Below, one piece after another: positions 33,476-42,112 of a stretch of 64,000 nucleotides of DNA. How positions within the stretch are numbered: the first letter of the stretch is position 1; each line of letters begins with the position of its first letter. This stretch comes from a virus (Duplodnaviria; Heunggongvirae; Uroviricota; Caudoviricetes), in IMG/VR virus record IMGVR_UViG_3300009551_000002, positions 1-64,000 of that record. The stretch is one strand, 5' to 3'. Under the pieces are notes generated by a model. That model worked only from the letters and a program-made list of their open reading frames with translations, ran no database searches and was not told where the DNA came from. Both the position numbers and the translations under genes were made by a program.

Positions 33476-33772
33476 CTACCCCATCCTCTCGATCTTCTTC
33501 AATTCCTCAGCACCTACGCGGTCAGTCTCGAACTCACGGCCCATTTGAAAACCAGTCGCCCACGCAGACATGAGCACGGACGCTATCATTTCCTTTCCAT
33601 AGCCGTAGCGGTCGTATATCGTGTTGTAGAGTACGGTAAGGTTAGCAGCGAGGCCAGACTCTTTTATAGCGGAACCGATCGTTTCCTCATTAAGATGATA
33701 ATTCTCAGGGGCATCGATACCTTCGACTTTGCGTAAAAATGCAAGTAGTTCGTCTTTTGTCGGCGCGTACAT
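33476..33772 (-). CDS. hypothetical protein
   Basis: 98 aa. Confidence 0.45.
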   Translation of the reverse strand: MYAPTKDELLAFLRKVEGIDAPENYHLNEETIGSAIKESGLAANLTVLYNTIYDRYGYGKEMIASVLMSAWATGFQMGREFETDRVGAEELKKIERMG

Positions 33773-33773
33773 C

Positions 33774-34223
33774 CTATAATCCTAACTCCCGGTCGATCTT
33801 CTCAGCGGCGTGTTCTTTGCGGATATCGGCGAGCATCTGACGTTTCTCACGTTCGAGCTTGTCAAGGTCGATGTCGAAGTGCTCGGCGAGAAGCTTGGTG
33901 ATTGGCGTGTAGTCACCGACGTATTGGCCTTCGCGTAGATCGCACGTAGGCCATACGTGTTGGATGTCGTCATCGTCGTAGCAGGCGTCAGTATGCTCGT
34001 GCTCACGGCAAAGACGAATCCCCTTCTCGACTAGCCATTCGACGAAGTCACCGATGGCTTGGGACTTATCTTTGACGAGCGAGAGTCGTTCGTGTTCGGT
34101 GAGTTCGCGTGTTTCAGTGCGCGGTGTCATTTGGCTCCTTTCTGAACGCACACGATGTCTGCTTGCTCTCCCCACTCTTTGCTTGCTACTAGGACTCGTA
34201 TATCCATGCCAGCGTCGATACAC
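33774..34223 (-). CDS. hypothetical acidic protein
   Basis: 149 aa; start possibly internal. Confidence 0.4.
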   Translation of the reverse strand: MYRRWHGYTSPSSKQRVGRASRHRVRSERSQMTPRTETRELTEHERLSLVKDKSQAIGDFVEWLVEKGIRLCREHEHTDACYDDDDIQHVWPTCDLREGQYVGDYTPITKLLAEHFDIDLDKLEREKRQMLADIRKEHAAEKIDRELGL

Positions 34224-34315
34224 GCCTTTGCTTTTTGCGTTAGCTGATCACCGGACACGATCTTGACAGTGCAGCCTGCCGTCATCAAAACCAACATGAG
34301 GATGAGCATCTTCAT
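34127..34315 (-). CDS. small lipoprotein
   Basis: MKMLILMLVLMTAGCTVK lipobox. Confidence 0.4.
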   Translation of the reverse strand: MKMLILMLVLMTAGCTVKIVSGDQLTQKAKACIDAGMDIRVLVASKEWGEQADIVCVQKGAK

Positions 34316-34417
34316 TTAGCAGCTTCCTCCGCGCCGATCAGCGCCACAGCCAGGATCACGACGCCTTGATCTGATTCAGCTTCCATCGCTCGAATACGAT
34401 CATAGGCACCTTGGATC

Positions 34418-34711
34418 TTATCTTGCGTTTCTTTTGGCAGAGATGCGACGGTGCCGCGTAGCATCAGGAGTGTTTGTTCGTATTCGTTCACTAGATACCT
34501 TTCGTTTCAACTTAGCGATGTGTTTGTAGAATTTCACTCGGAGATCGTAGGTGTCGTCGGACCAGAGAGTCTTCGAGCCGACGTGGATCGCATACTGGTA
34601 TCGGGATGTTCCAGGCGCGTCCGGCATCCAGCGCGCGTACTTGCAGAAGGCGCGGAAGCGCGCGTTGCCGGTGAGCTTAATTGCTGTGCTGATTGGTAGT
34701 ATCGGACCCAC
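34418..34711 (-). CDS. hypothetical basic protein
   Basis: 97 aa. Confidence 0.35.
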   Translation of the reverse strand: MGPILPISTAIKLTGNARFRAFCKYARWMPDAPGTSRYQYAIHVGSKTLWSDDTYDLRVKFYKHIAKLKRKVSSERIRTNTPDATRHRRISAKRNAR

Positions 34712-34982
34712 TGTATCTCCCTCGTAAATGCTCTCTGAATATTTCCTTCGTCGCCTGGAGGTCCGTCTCCTTCATTTTGTCGACGATGATCTTCGTCATC
34801 TCTCGTCCACGTTTGCGCATCTCGACGGCTCTACGGTGCCGTTCCCATAGAGCGAGCACCAACGGGTGAGTGATGCAATACGGGGGGATGAGGATCAGAC
34901 CGGCAATGAAGCCGACGACGGCTCCGATAGCCATGTAGGCACCGGCAGCGAAGAACGTCAGTAGTTGAGTACCGTCGATCAT
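34677..34982 (-). CDS. membrane protein
   Basis: 101 aa with a TM segment. Confidence 0.4.
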   Translation of the reverse strand: MIDGTQLLTFFAAGAYMAIGAVVGFIAGLILIPPYCITHPLVLALWERHRRAVEMRKRGREMTKIIVDKMKETDLQATKEIFREHLRGRYSGSDTTNQHSN

Positions 34983-35130
34983 TCAGGCAACTCCTTAATC
35001 GAAATGAGTTCTATCTTGACCCCAATCGGGTTTGCCGATTTCAACACGGCATCGACGATTTCCTGTTTGGTGAGATGACGTATTCGTTCACCGTCGTCCA
35101 TGATTTCCAACACGACCAAATAAGTCTTCG

Positions 35131-35466
35131 TCACGCTGAGACCTCTTCGAGCGCCAGCTTCGCCGTGACTTCACGCTCTTGCCGGTCGAGACTGTCGAGG
35201 ATTCGCTTGAACTTCAGAGCATACTCTTCGCGGTCGGCTTGTTCATACGCTATCTTGATCGCCATGCTGCCGGTCACCTTGCCGGAGAGTTTGATGGGCG
35301 CGGCGAACGAGTTGTACATGACGAGAGTCCGCGCACGGTGAGTGCGGATTGCTTCGAGTCGTTCGAGATTAGTCATTTGAATGGTCCCCATCCTTTCGAT
35401 TGACTGTAGGCTCCCCATGCCGCCGAGAGTACCCATACCGGAGCGATGCACGCGAAGTAATTCCAA
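35131..35466 (-). CDS. hypothetical protein
   Basis: 111 aa. Confidence 0.45.
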   Translation of the reverse strand: MELLRVHRSGMGTLGGMGSLQSIERMGTIQMTNLERLEAIRTHRARTLVMYNSFAAPIKLSGKVTGSMAIKIAYEQADREEYALKFKRILDSLDRQEREVTAKLALEEVSA

Positions 35467-35545
35467 TGCTTGGCGTTAGACACCCAGAATGCGCCTACCG
35501 ACAACACCAAACACAGCGTCAGGCCGAGATAGAAATTCAAACGAT

Positions 35546-35815
35546 TCATGTGTCGATTCCCTTCCGTTGACGATACTCGTTCATACTGATAGCCCCACTC
35601 AGAAGAAGCTTACGATCTCTCCGGTCTCGATAGAGTTCTCTAATTATCTTACCAATAGTGACTAAACCGGGTACGCAGAGAAGTATCCATGCAAACAACC
35701 ACGCGTACAATGGTTGCCACATGTAGCGATGAGAGAGCGACCACCATGGAATAGGATTAGTCATCCGGGAAGTCTCTCTGCGGTGCCAGCGCTTCCGATG
35801 CCGGGCGCACGTCAC
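35546..35815 (-). CDS. membrane protein
   Basis: 89 aa with a TM segment. Confidence 0.35.
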   Translation of the reverse strand: MTCARHRKRWHRRETSRMTNPIPWWSLSHRYMWQPLYAWLFAWILLCVPGLVTIGKIIRELYRDRRDRKLLLSGAISMNEYRQRKGIDT

Positions 35816-36335
35816 GGCCAGTCACAGCACCAATGCGGAGATGCTTCAGATCAGGGAAGCACCAGAGTGAATAATAATTCGATGGATCGAGCAGACGAGA
35901 TTCGGCAGGATATAGCTCGAATGCCTCACACTCGATACCGGCCAGTTGATTCTTGATCGCCTGCATGTCGCGCCAGTCATGGCGAGCGGTGCCATCGTGA
36001 GACGAGATGCCAAGTTGGATCATGCGGCCTTTCGGCACTTTGAAGACTTGCTCGTGAGTCCAGTAACGGACGGCAACTTGGTAGACGTCGTTGACCCAGA
36101 GTTCGTCGTAGTCCTTAGCGCCTTGAGTCTCGCGCCAGTCGGTCCAGTTAGGCTGCGACTTGCCTTCGAGCGGCATCAGGGGGTGGAGATGAGTGCTGAC
36201 TTCCTTGGCGGCTTCAGGATGAGCAGCGCGCCAGTATTCGATTAGCTTCTTAGTATTATCTCGGAAGTCGATTTCTTCGTACTCACCGATGCGGCGAAGG
36301 ACTTCGGCGTTCTTTTGTTCGAGTGTGAGATTCAT
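35757..36335 (-). CDS. hypothetical protein
   Basis: 192-aa ORF with an ordinary amino-acid composition. Confidence 0.5.
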   Translation of the reverse strand: MNLTLEQKNAEVLRRIGEYEEIDFRDNTKKLIEYWRAAHPEAAKEVSTHLHPLMPLEGKSQPNWTDWRETQGAKDYDELWVNDVYQVAVRYWTHEQVFKVPKGRMIQLGISSHDGTARHDWRDMQAIKNQLAGIECEAFELYPAESRLLDPSNYYSLWCFPDLKHLRIGAVTGRDVRPASEALAPQRDFPDD

Positions 36336-36538
36336 TTGGTTTCTAAGACTCCTTTAGGTAGCACGTGCCGCTCTAACTCAAATATCCATTCAGGGTCAAC
36401 CGGCAACCCAGCCTCTACGTAGCGCGACATCGCCCCCAATAGATCGAGAGTGCGACGCTGTACCCAGATACGTTCCGGCATGATACCGATGGGAGGTTTC
36501 GGAGATTTCGGACAATGCGGGCATTCCTGTTCGTTCAC
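36332..36538 (-). CDS. hypothetical small protein
   Basis: 68 aa, CPHC motif. Confidence 0.35.
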   Translation of the reverse strand: MNEQECPHCPKSPKPPIGIMPERIWVQRRTLDLLGAMSRYVEAGLPVDPEWIFELERHVLPKGVLETK

Positions 36539-36828
36539 GGGCGCTCCTCAAAATTTTCGAGACGTGCTTCGAGTTCCGCGATACGATCCTGGAGCTTACG
36601 CTTATCGCCCGCCAACGACGCCGCGAATCGTCCCCACCATCCGGCAGCCTGGACGTACTCCGGGTTCTGCGCGATGCCGTCGACGGCCTCACGGAGACGT
36701 TCGTTCTGCACAGCGAGACGACTATTCTCAGTCCGGAGCGCGTCGACTAGTTCGAGTTCGAGCTTCGTCATCACGATGTCTTCTTTGCGATCAATTTCGA
36801 CAGAGCATCGTCCAGCAGACGGATGCAC
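36535..36828 (-). CDS. coiled-coil protein
   Basis: 97-aa ORF, heptad-rich; real start may be the internal MTKLELE. Confidence 0.4.
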   Translation of the reverse strand: MHPSAGRCSVEIDRKEDIVMTKLELELVDALRTENSRLAVQNERLREAVDGIAQNPEYVQAAGWWGRFAASLAGDKRKLQDRIAELEARLENFEERP

Positions 36829-36959
36829 TTATTGAGCGCCTGCCGCTCACGACGAGGAGCGTGATAATTCTTATGAAGCTCCTTACGATCCTTACAGAGC
36901 GTACGCAGAAGCTCAAGATCATACTCCGTGAAGACTTCCTTCTCGAACGATATTTCCAT
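36771..36959 (-). CDS. hypothetical small protein
   Basis: 62 aa. Confidence 0.35.
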   Translation of the reverse strand: MEISFEKEVFTEYDLELLRTLCKDRKELHKNYHAPRRERQALNKCIRLLDDALSKLIAKKTS

Positions 36960-37129
36960 CAGTTGATCTCCGATTCTACGACCTTGCGTATGACTTCGAG
37001 TTGCGGCCCAAAATGACTAGGCTCGCCCTTGATCCATTTGAGCAAGTCGACGAACATACTTATCTTGAAGGCTTCATCGGTCAGACCTAACCGCTTAGCG
37101 CCATCTTTGGCGCATAGCAGCATATCCAT
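36959..37129 (-). CDS. hypothetical small protein
   Basis: Internal start MDMLLCAK of track ORF 36959-37393; the remainder overlaps the next gene. Confidence 0.3.
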   Translation of the reverse strand: MDMLLCAKDGAKRLGLTDEAFKISMFVDLLKWIKGEPSHFGPQLEVIRKVVESEIN

Positions 37130-37155
37130 CGCTTGTGTGATTTCTAGTTCCGTTC

Positions 37156-37659
37156 TCACGATATCTCCATAAACTTCGGTGCTTCGTCGCGACCTAATAC
37201 ACAGTGGCATTTGATGAACACGCGACCGTGATTCGGACCTTCCTTCTTCACCTTGAATACTTTCATCGGCTGCTTGCAGTGTGGGCAGTCCTCGATGGCC
37301 AGCGCCATCTTGTAGAGCTTCTTCAACGTGTCGATCAAGCGCTTCTGCCAGCCCGGCGTACGGGTGATGTACTTCGAGATCTTGCTCCCCCACGCCGGAA
37401 ACCCAGGCTCGTGCGCGACGATCCAGCAGCGGATTGAATCCCCGCCTGTTTCAGCAGACCAACCGTTAGAGCGTACCGACGAGCGTACCATGACACCAAA
37501 TCGCGGTTTACCTACAATAGGGACAATATAGGAATATTCACCGTGAAGCAAACCGAGCGGCTTCCAAAGTCGCATATTAGAGCCCTCGCGTGCGATAGGG
37601 AGCGCCGCCTCGAACTGCTCGCGACTGAAAGTGTCTATTGGCATGATTTTTAGATGCAA
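37156..37659 (-). CDS. protein with C-terminal GRF/topoisomerase-type zinc ribbon
   Basis: CPHCKQPMKVFKVKKEGPNHGRVFIKC at the C-terminus. Confidence 0.45.
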   Translation of the reverse strand: MHLKIMPIDTFSREQFEAALPIAREGSNMRLWKPLGLLHGEYSYIVPIVGKPRFGVMVRSSVRSNGWSAETGGDSIRCWIVAHEPGFPAWGSKISKYITRTPGWQKRLIDTLKKLYKMALAIEDCPHCKQPMKVFKVKKEGPNHGRVFIKCHCVLGRDEAPKFMEIS

Positions 37660-37681
37660 TCAAAAGCGGTTTGGTTTCAGG
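37651..37681. repeat. 31-bp palindromic intergenic motif copy
   Basis: TTAGATGCAATCAAAAGCGGTTTGGTTTCAG. Confidence 0.6.
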
Positions 37682-38096
37682 ATCTAGGTGCGAGAAGTGC
37701 TGCCAATTCTTCCGCCGTGAACTTATCGGTTCCTTTCCTGCCGGTGCAGCGGAAACTGACAGACGAGCATCCGGCACCGTTCCAATCGTCGACCACTTTT
37801 AGCCCCATAGCGATCAATCGATCCTTCAGTAAACCGATGTCAGCGTGACTAAAATCGTTTCCAAGCGAACGATTGACTACGATGACGTCATTCGGTAGAC
37901 CGCCGCACCATCCGTGCGAATACGCCCACGGCTCTCCTAGCTGCGTAAGCGAGACGCCGGTATCCGTCACCTTGCCTCCAGTGCTATCGACCGCAGAGGC
38001 AATGGCCAAGCTTCTAGCCTGACTAGAATCCTCAGCTTCCACTTCTACGGCATAGCGACGAGTCACGGAGACCTTCGCCGAGTATTTTATCTTCAC
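37677..38096 (-). CDS. hypothetical protein
   Basis: 139 aa. Confidence 0.45.
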   Translation of the reverse strand: MKIKYSAKVSVTRRYAVEVEAEDSSQARSLAIASAVDSTGGKVTDTGVSLTQLGEPWAYSHGWCGGLPNDVIVVNRSLGNDFSHADIGLLKDRLIAMGLKVVDDWNGAGCSSVSFRCTGRKGTDKFTAEELAALLAPRS

Positions 38097-38299
38097 CTGT
38101 TTCTTAACCTCCTCGCTACCTGTTCTGCGTGCTTAGGGCAGAGTTGCTGTTTCTTGTGCAGACGCCACCCCCACCGATATAGCTCCCATTGACACTGATC
38201 GTGCGTCGGCAAAATAACAGTCATTCCCGCTTCGCAGCCGGGATGATCACATTTGACGTGGACCTTACAATTGCCCTCGAAATTTGATTCTTCATACAT
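38093..38299 (-). CDS. small Zn-finger protein
   Basis: CKVHVKCDHPGC...CPKH. Confidence 0.4.
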   Translation of the reverse strand: MYEESNFEGNCKVHVKCDHPGCEAGMTVILPTHDQCQWELYRWGWRLHKKQQLCPKHAEQVARRLRNR

Positions 38300-38321
38300 T
38301 TACGTCTATACTTATCCTTCC

Positions 38322-38531
38322 ATGGCCGGACGATCACCAGGACGCCCCAAAAAAGACTGCAAGCGGATGAGCATGAAACTGGCAACCGATGCTGCTGAAT
38401 TGCTAGAGGAATACTGCAAGCTCAACCGATTCGACGCTACCTTCGCCATCGAGAGCCTATTACGGCTCCACGTGCCGATACTGCTGGAACGGATGGAACG
38501 GAAGAAAGCAGCGGCGCATAAGACGTCATAG
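38322..38531 (+). CDS. ribbon-helix-helix-like regulator (opposite strand island)
   Basis: GRPKK...MSMKLATDAAELLEEYCKLNRFDATFAIESLL resembles an RHH; the only plus-strand gene inside the minus array. Confidence 0.35.
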   Translation: MAGRSPGRPKKDCKRMSMKLATDAAELLEEYCKLNRFDATFAIESLLRLHVPILLERMERKKAAAHKTS

Positions 38532-38819
38532 CTCAGCCTCCAATGTGACTACAGTTTTGCTCGTGTAGGTGCCTTTTACGTGCATCCCACGGATATTCGT
38601 TCTCCCTTTGAAGAAATACCGTTCTAGCTCGTGTTTGAATTCGTCTTCGTTCAGGTACGCTTCGTATGTGATGAAACGCTCAGTGCTCTCCGGGTAGCCG
38701 TGGCCGGGATTCGTTCGTGAGCGCTCGTCTCCGGGGATGTGGACGCTAGTGCTACCGATGATCGCCCAATGCTCACCTTTAGGGATCTCGTCAGGCGAAG
38801 TTACAAAGATTGCTGCCAT
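38526..38819 (-). CDS. hypothetical protein
   Basis: 97 aa. Confidence 0.45.
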   Translation of the reverse strand: MAAIFVTSPDEIPKGEHWAIIGSTSVHIPGDERSRTNPGHGYPESTERFITYEAYLNEDEFKHELERYFFKGRTNIRGMHVKGTYTSKTVVTLEAEL

Positions 38820-38821
38820 TT

Positions 38822-39022
38822 TTAGTACTCCTTGTGAAGGTCCCCCTGCTCAAAAACGTGCATGACGCCGCTATACTTTCCGGTAATCTCCAATTTCCAC
38901 CAACCGTACCACTCGAAGAGAATCTGAATCACTTCCACCCCCGTAAAACCAGAGCGTTTGACAGCGGCTAGGAGATCTTCACGGCGTTCTGCGGAATTCT
39001 TGGTTGTTCGTCTGCCTGCCAT
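38822..39022 (-). CDS. hypothetical small protein
   Basis: 66 aa. Confidence 0.4.
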   Translation of the reverse strand: MAGRRTTKNSAERREDLLAAVKRSGFTGVEVIQILFEWYGWWKLEITGKYSGVMHVFEQGDLHKEY

Positions 39023-39026
39023 TCGA

Positions 39027-39251
39027 TTACTCCTTGTAGATCGGTGTCACGCTTTCCTCAGTCGGTCCCACCCTCGTGCATTTGATTCCTTCATACCGGC
39101 ACCAGATTTCCAGGTCGCCTACTTTCTTTTGCTGGTCATACAACCCAAGACGCATTAGATACTCGCGAGCCGGGCGACTCAGGTCTATTTGATTCGTCTT
39201 CGCCGACATCCGGCGAATCCTGACCCTAACGGGACCGTTTCTTCGCGGCAC
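39027..39251 (-). CDS. hypothetical small protein
   Basis: 74 aa. Confidence 0.4.
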   Translation of the reverse strand: MPRRNGPVRVRIRRMSAKTNQIDLSRPAREYLMRLGLYDQQKKVGDLEIWCRYEGIKCTRVGPTEESVTPIYKE

Positions 39252-39254
39252 GTT

Positions 39255-39440
39255 TTAGTCCTTTACCTTATCTAGTCGCATGAGCCGCCAACCAAAGATC
39301 CTGATTATGGCCTTACGGTATCCAAAGCGCTCACTGAAGACTGGCTCGCTCCACGGTGTTAAGATCTGGTAACCAGCACCATTTAAGCTGCCGGTACGCC
39401 ACCAGATGCATTCTCGTTCGATGCTTAGAACCAGCTTCAT
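39255..39440 (-). CDS. hypothetical small protein
   Basis: 61 aa. Confidence 0.35.
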   Translation of the reverse strand: MKLVLSIERECIWWRTGSLNGAGYQILTPWSEPVFSERFGYRKAIIRIFGWRLMRLDKVKD

Positions 39441-39649
39441 CGTTTCTTTGCCAGCTTTGCCTTTGCCGCGATCCGAGCCGCTTTCCGGCGCTCACTACGA
39501 AGTACAGTACACTTCCGGCATTCGAGGGTAGGACTCTTGCCACGAGGCTTACGGCAGGTCACGCAATTGCCGCTATTTCTCCGGCGATGATAATGCTTGA
39601 GTTGCCGACTCATCGACGTGTTGGTAAATTTGTCTTCGATGTGTTTCAT
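39437..39649 (-). CDS. small basic Zn-ribbon protein
   Basis: CVTCRK...CRKC; K/R-rich tail. Confidence 0.4.
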   Translation of the reverse strand: MKHIEDKFTNTSMSRQLKHYHRRRNSGNCVTCRKPRGKSPTLECRKCTVLRSERRKAARIAAKAKLAKKR

Positions 39650-39978
39650 TTGGGGAGTTCTCCCTCCAAGTATTCGATCAGATGCTTGGCGTATGCCTTC
39701 ACGTAGTCGTGACCGTCGAAATTGAAGACGTAATGACGGTCGAAGCCTTTAGTGTCGGCATAGGCTTTCTTGAAGCGTTCGAGCTTCTCACGATCCCAAT
39801 TCACGAGATGGTTTTCATTGCTCATTTTGATAGCTTCAGCGTCCAAATATAAAAACACACGATGCCCAGAACGAACGTGATGATGTGAAGCCATAAAATG
39901 GCCTATACCTGCCGCCGCGTTCCCCATCGAGAGGCCGAGGGCCACGATAGAATACAGTAGCCAACGATGTCGGATCAT
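39646..39978 (-). CDS. hypothetical protein
   Basis: 110 aa, N-terminal TM. Confidence 0.45.
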   Translation of the reverse strand: MIRHRWLLYSIVALGLSMGNAAAGIGHFMASHHHVRSGHRVFLYLDAEAIKMSNENHLVNWDREKLERFKKAYADTKGFDRHYVFNFDGHDYVKAYAKHLIEYLEGELPK

Positions 39979-40229
39979 TGTCCTTTACGCTCCTTCCAGC
40001 GCTCTTCGAGCAGCTTCAGAGTTAGCATCTTCGTCTCTTCGGATGGGATCTCGTGGCCCCTCTTAGGCTTGCGGCCCGTCGCCTGGATGGCCTGTATCCA
40101 GGTTTCGTCTTTGATATTGACGCCGGGCTCCCAACCGGCAGCCATCAGCTTGTCGGCAAGATCGCCAGCTTTCTTGACGCGAGCGGCAAAGGCGTAATCG
40201 ATTGGCTCGGTAGGGTCGATAGGAGGCAT
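39975..40229 (-). CDS. hypothetical protein
   Basis: 84 aa. Confidence 0.45.
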   Translation of the reverse strand: MPPIDPTEPIDYAFAARVKKAGDLADKLMAAGWEPGVNIKDETWIQAIQATGRKPKRGHEIPSEETKMLTLKLLEERWKERKGQ

Positions 40230-40253
40230 GTGATATTATCTCTTTCTGTAAGA

Positions 40254-40284
40254 TTAGATGCAATCCGAAGCGGTTAGGTTTCAG
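40254..40284. repeat. 31-bp palindromic intergenic motif copy
   Basis: TTAGATGCAATCCGAAGCGGTTAGGTTTCAG. Confidence 0.6.
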
Positions 40285-40542
40285 TTAGTCTTGTACAAAG
40301 GCACGGCAACGTCGATTCTTACATGCGCCTGCATCGAGCGGTTCACTGCATACGATGCAGGTAGCGACGCTCCTATTCGATCCTTTGAGTGCGTCTTCGA
40401 TGTCCTTTACGTCGACTAAAAAGTGATGCAAGAGCGCTCCACCGGCCCACGGCTTAGGACCGGCGACGCGAATGTCGTTGATGTAAACGGACGGTCCTTC
40501 TATGCCGCCGACGATGTCGATGTAGACCTGAGGATTAGGCAT
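40285..40542 (-). CDS. hypothetical Cys-containing protein
   Basis: 85 aa. Confidence 0.4.
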   Translation of the reverse strand: MPNPQVYIDIVGGIEGPSVYINDIRVAGPKPWAGGALLHHFLVDVKDIEDALKGSNRSVATCIVCSEPLDAGACKNRRCRAFVQD

Positions 40543-40870
40543 CGAGATTAGTCCTCGTCCCTATAGACGCTTTCGGATTCGCCGTCACCTGGAGATACGC
40601 CTTACTGCCTTCGAGTTTGCGTAGAGTCAGTGTCACGTAAGGTTCACCGCTCGGGAAGCGTAAGGCCACGCACGGTCGATCCAATTTGAGCCAATCTTCG
40701 ACGGTGCCCTTATCGACAATCGACATAGAGAATTGGGCCGCTCTCTCACAAAGGCCGATCAGACGAATGGAGGTATTAAAGTCGATGAGTACACGGCTCT
40801 GATTGATCGTGAAGTCCCAGAAGCAATCCGGATTCGGTGGCGGCACGTGGCCGATGTCGACGCTATCCAT
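40535..40870 (-). CDS. hypothetical protein
   Basis: 111 aa. Confidence 0.45.
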   Translation of the reverse strand: MDSVDIGHVPPPNPDCFWDFTINQSRVLIDFNTSIRLIGLCERAAQFSMSIVDKGTVEDWLKLDRPCVALRFPSGEPYVTLTLRKLEGSKAYLQVTANPKASIGTRTNLDA

Positions 40871-41045
40871 TTCTCACCATGGCTTGCGCGTAATGCGTCC
40901 ATAAATACTCGACCGGGGAACCTTCAGTAACGACTTGCTGGGCAAAGACGCCGCCTTCGCACTTCCAACCAGTCGCTAAAGCAGACCTCACCTGAGTCGT
41001 AAAAGCAACTTTGTCGTCAGCCTCGACGACGATGTAGTCCATCAT
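40863..41045 (-). CDS. hypothetical small protein
   Basis: 60 aa. Confidence 0.35.
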   Translation of the reverse strand: MMDYIVVEADDKVAFTTQVRSALATGWKCEGGVFAQQVVTEGSPVEYLWTHYAQAMVRNG

Positions 41046-41434
41046 ATTTCGTTCTCCTTTGCGAGTCTTTCATTCTCCTTTGCAGCGCGTTCGGCGAACT
41101 CTTCAGCGTCTGCTATGAACTTGTCACGCTTCTCGGCGATGACGGCCATCGGCACGGTCGTATAGCAGCGCTGACAGACCATGAGTTCGTCCTTCTTGAG
41201 ATCCGGGAACTTCTCGCTCGCGACAGCGACGGCGTCGTCGGCATCGGGACCCATGATTTCCGCCATTTGCAGGCCGAAGAACTGTGCTATTCCCATGACG
41301 CGCTGCGTAGCTCTAGGATTGAGTACAGCGCGATCCACAGTCACCAGATAGAACATCGCGTACCGGGTGCCGTCTTTGCTTTGCAGCAAGCCTTCGTTGC
41401 AGTAATCGCATGGTCGTAATTCAGAGAGTTTCAT
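41042..41434 (-). CDS. hypothetical protein (Cys pairs)
   Basis: 130 aa; CDYC...CQRC. Confidence 0.45.
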   Translation of the reverse strand: MKLSELRPCDYCNEGLLQSKDGTRYAMFYLVTVDRAVLNPRATQRVMGIAQFFGLQMAEIMGPDADDAVAVASEKFPDLKKDELMVCQRCYTTVPMAVIAEKRDKFIADAEEFAERAAKENERLAKENEI

Positions 41435-41622
41435 TTGGTCCTCTGTTTCCTTGTCTGCCAGCGCCTCTCGATCAGCGCACGGAGCCGAGCCTGGACTTTC
41501 TTACCCTCCGCACGTTCTACTGGATCATCGGTCCATTCACCGTCCAGATGATCGGCAGCTTCTTCTAGGGCCTGCCCGTAGGCTTCCCATCGCTTATCCT
41601 TCGTCGGCTTCGACATTAGCAC
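41431..41622 (-). CDS. hypothetical small protein
   Basis: 63 aa. Confidence 0.35.
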   Translation of the reverse strand: MLMSKPTKDKRWEAYGQALEEAADHLDGEWTDDPVERAEGKKVQARLRALIERRWQTRKQRTK

Positions 41623-41953
41623 CGCCTACCGCGATCCTGACCTGCCGTTCACGCACCGGATACATCTCCTTGTACGTCGCGACGAATCGCCCGCAGCATT
41701 CGACCACGAGCCATTGGAACGTCTCAGCCTTGAGCAACGCCACGGCTACCCAGTAGCAGGCCGTGCGCCCGGTGAATGTGACGATCAGGCCGTAGACGAT
41801 AGGGATACTGCCGTACCCAAGGATCTTAAAGAACGGCCAGTCGAGCGCCATGATCTTCGGCCAGAAGATCGACAGCGGAATCGTGGATAGGAGCAGGAGC
41901 GCGACGCCTGCTGTGAGTGTGATGACGCGGATTGGTCTAGGCATTAGAACCAT
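41594..41953 (-). CDS. membrane protein
   Basis: 119 aa with several TM helices. Confidence 0.4.
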   Translation of the reverse strand: MVLMPRPIRVITLTAGVALLLLSTIPLSIFWPKIMALDWPFFKILGYGSIPIVYGLIVTFTGRTACYWVAVALLKAETFQWLVVECCGRFVATYKEMYPVRERQVRIAVGGANVEADEG

Positions 41954-42112
41954 CCCAGTTCTGATACGCTTCGTGATTGTCGGAATCGTGACGCGCGAAG
42001 CATATCTTGCAGCACGTGAACGGTTTCCGTTCTACCTTATTGTGCATGACCGACGCTGACCATAGGCCGACGATAAAGCCGACGATGCCCGCGCCTATTA
42101 GACCGAGTGCTG

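Noticed and set aside
36396-36692. 98-aa Arg-rich minus-strand ORF overlapping 36332-36538 and 36535-36828
   Set aside because: Extreme Arg/Ser composition, and it overlaps two better-supported, tightly abutting ORFs in another frame.
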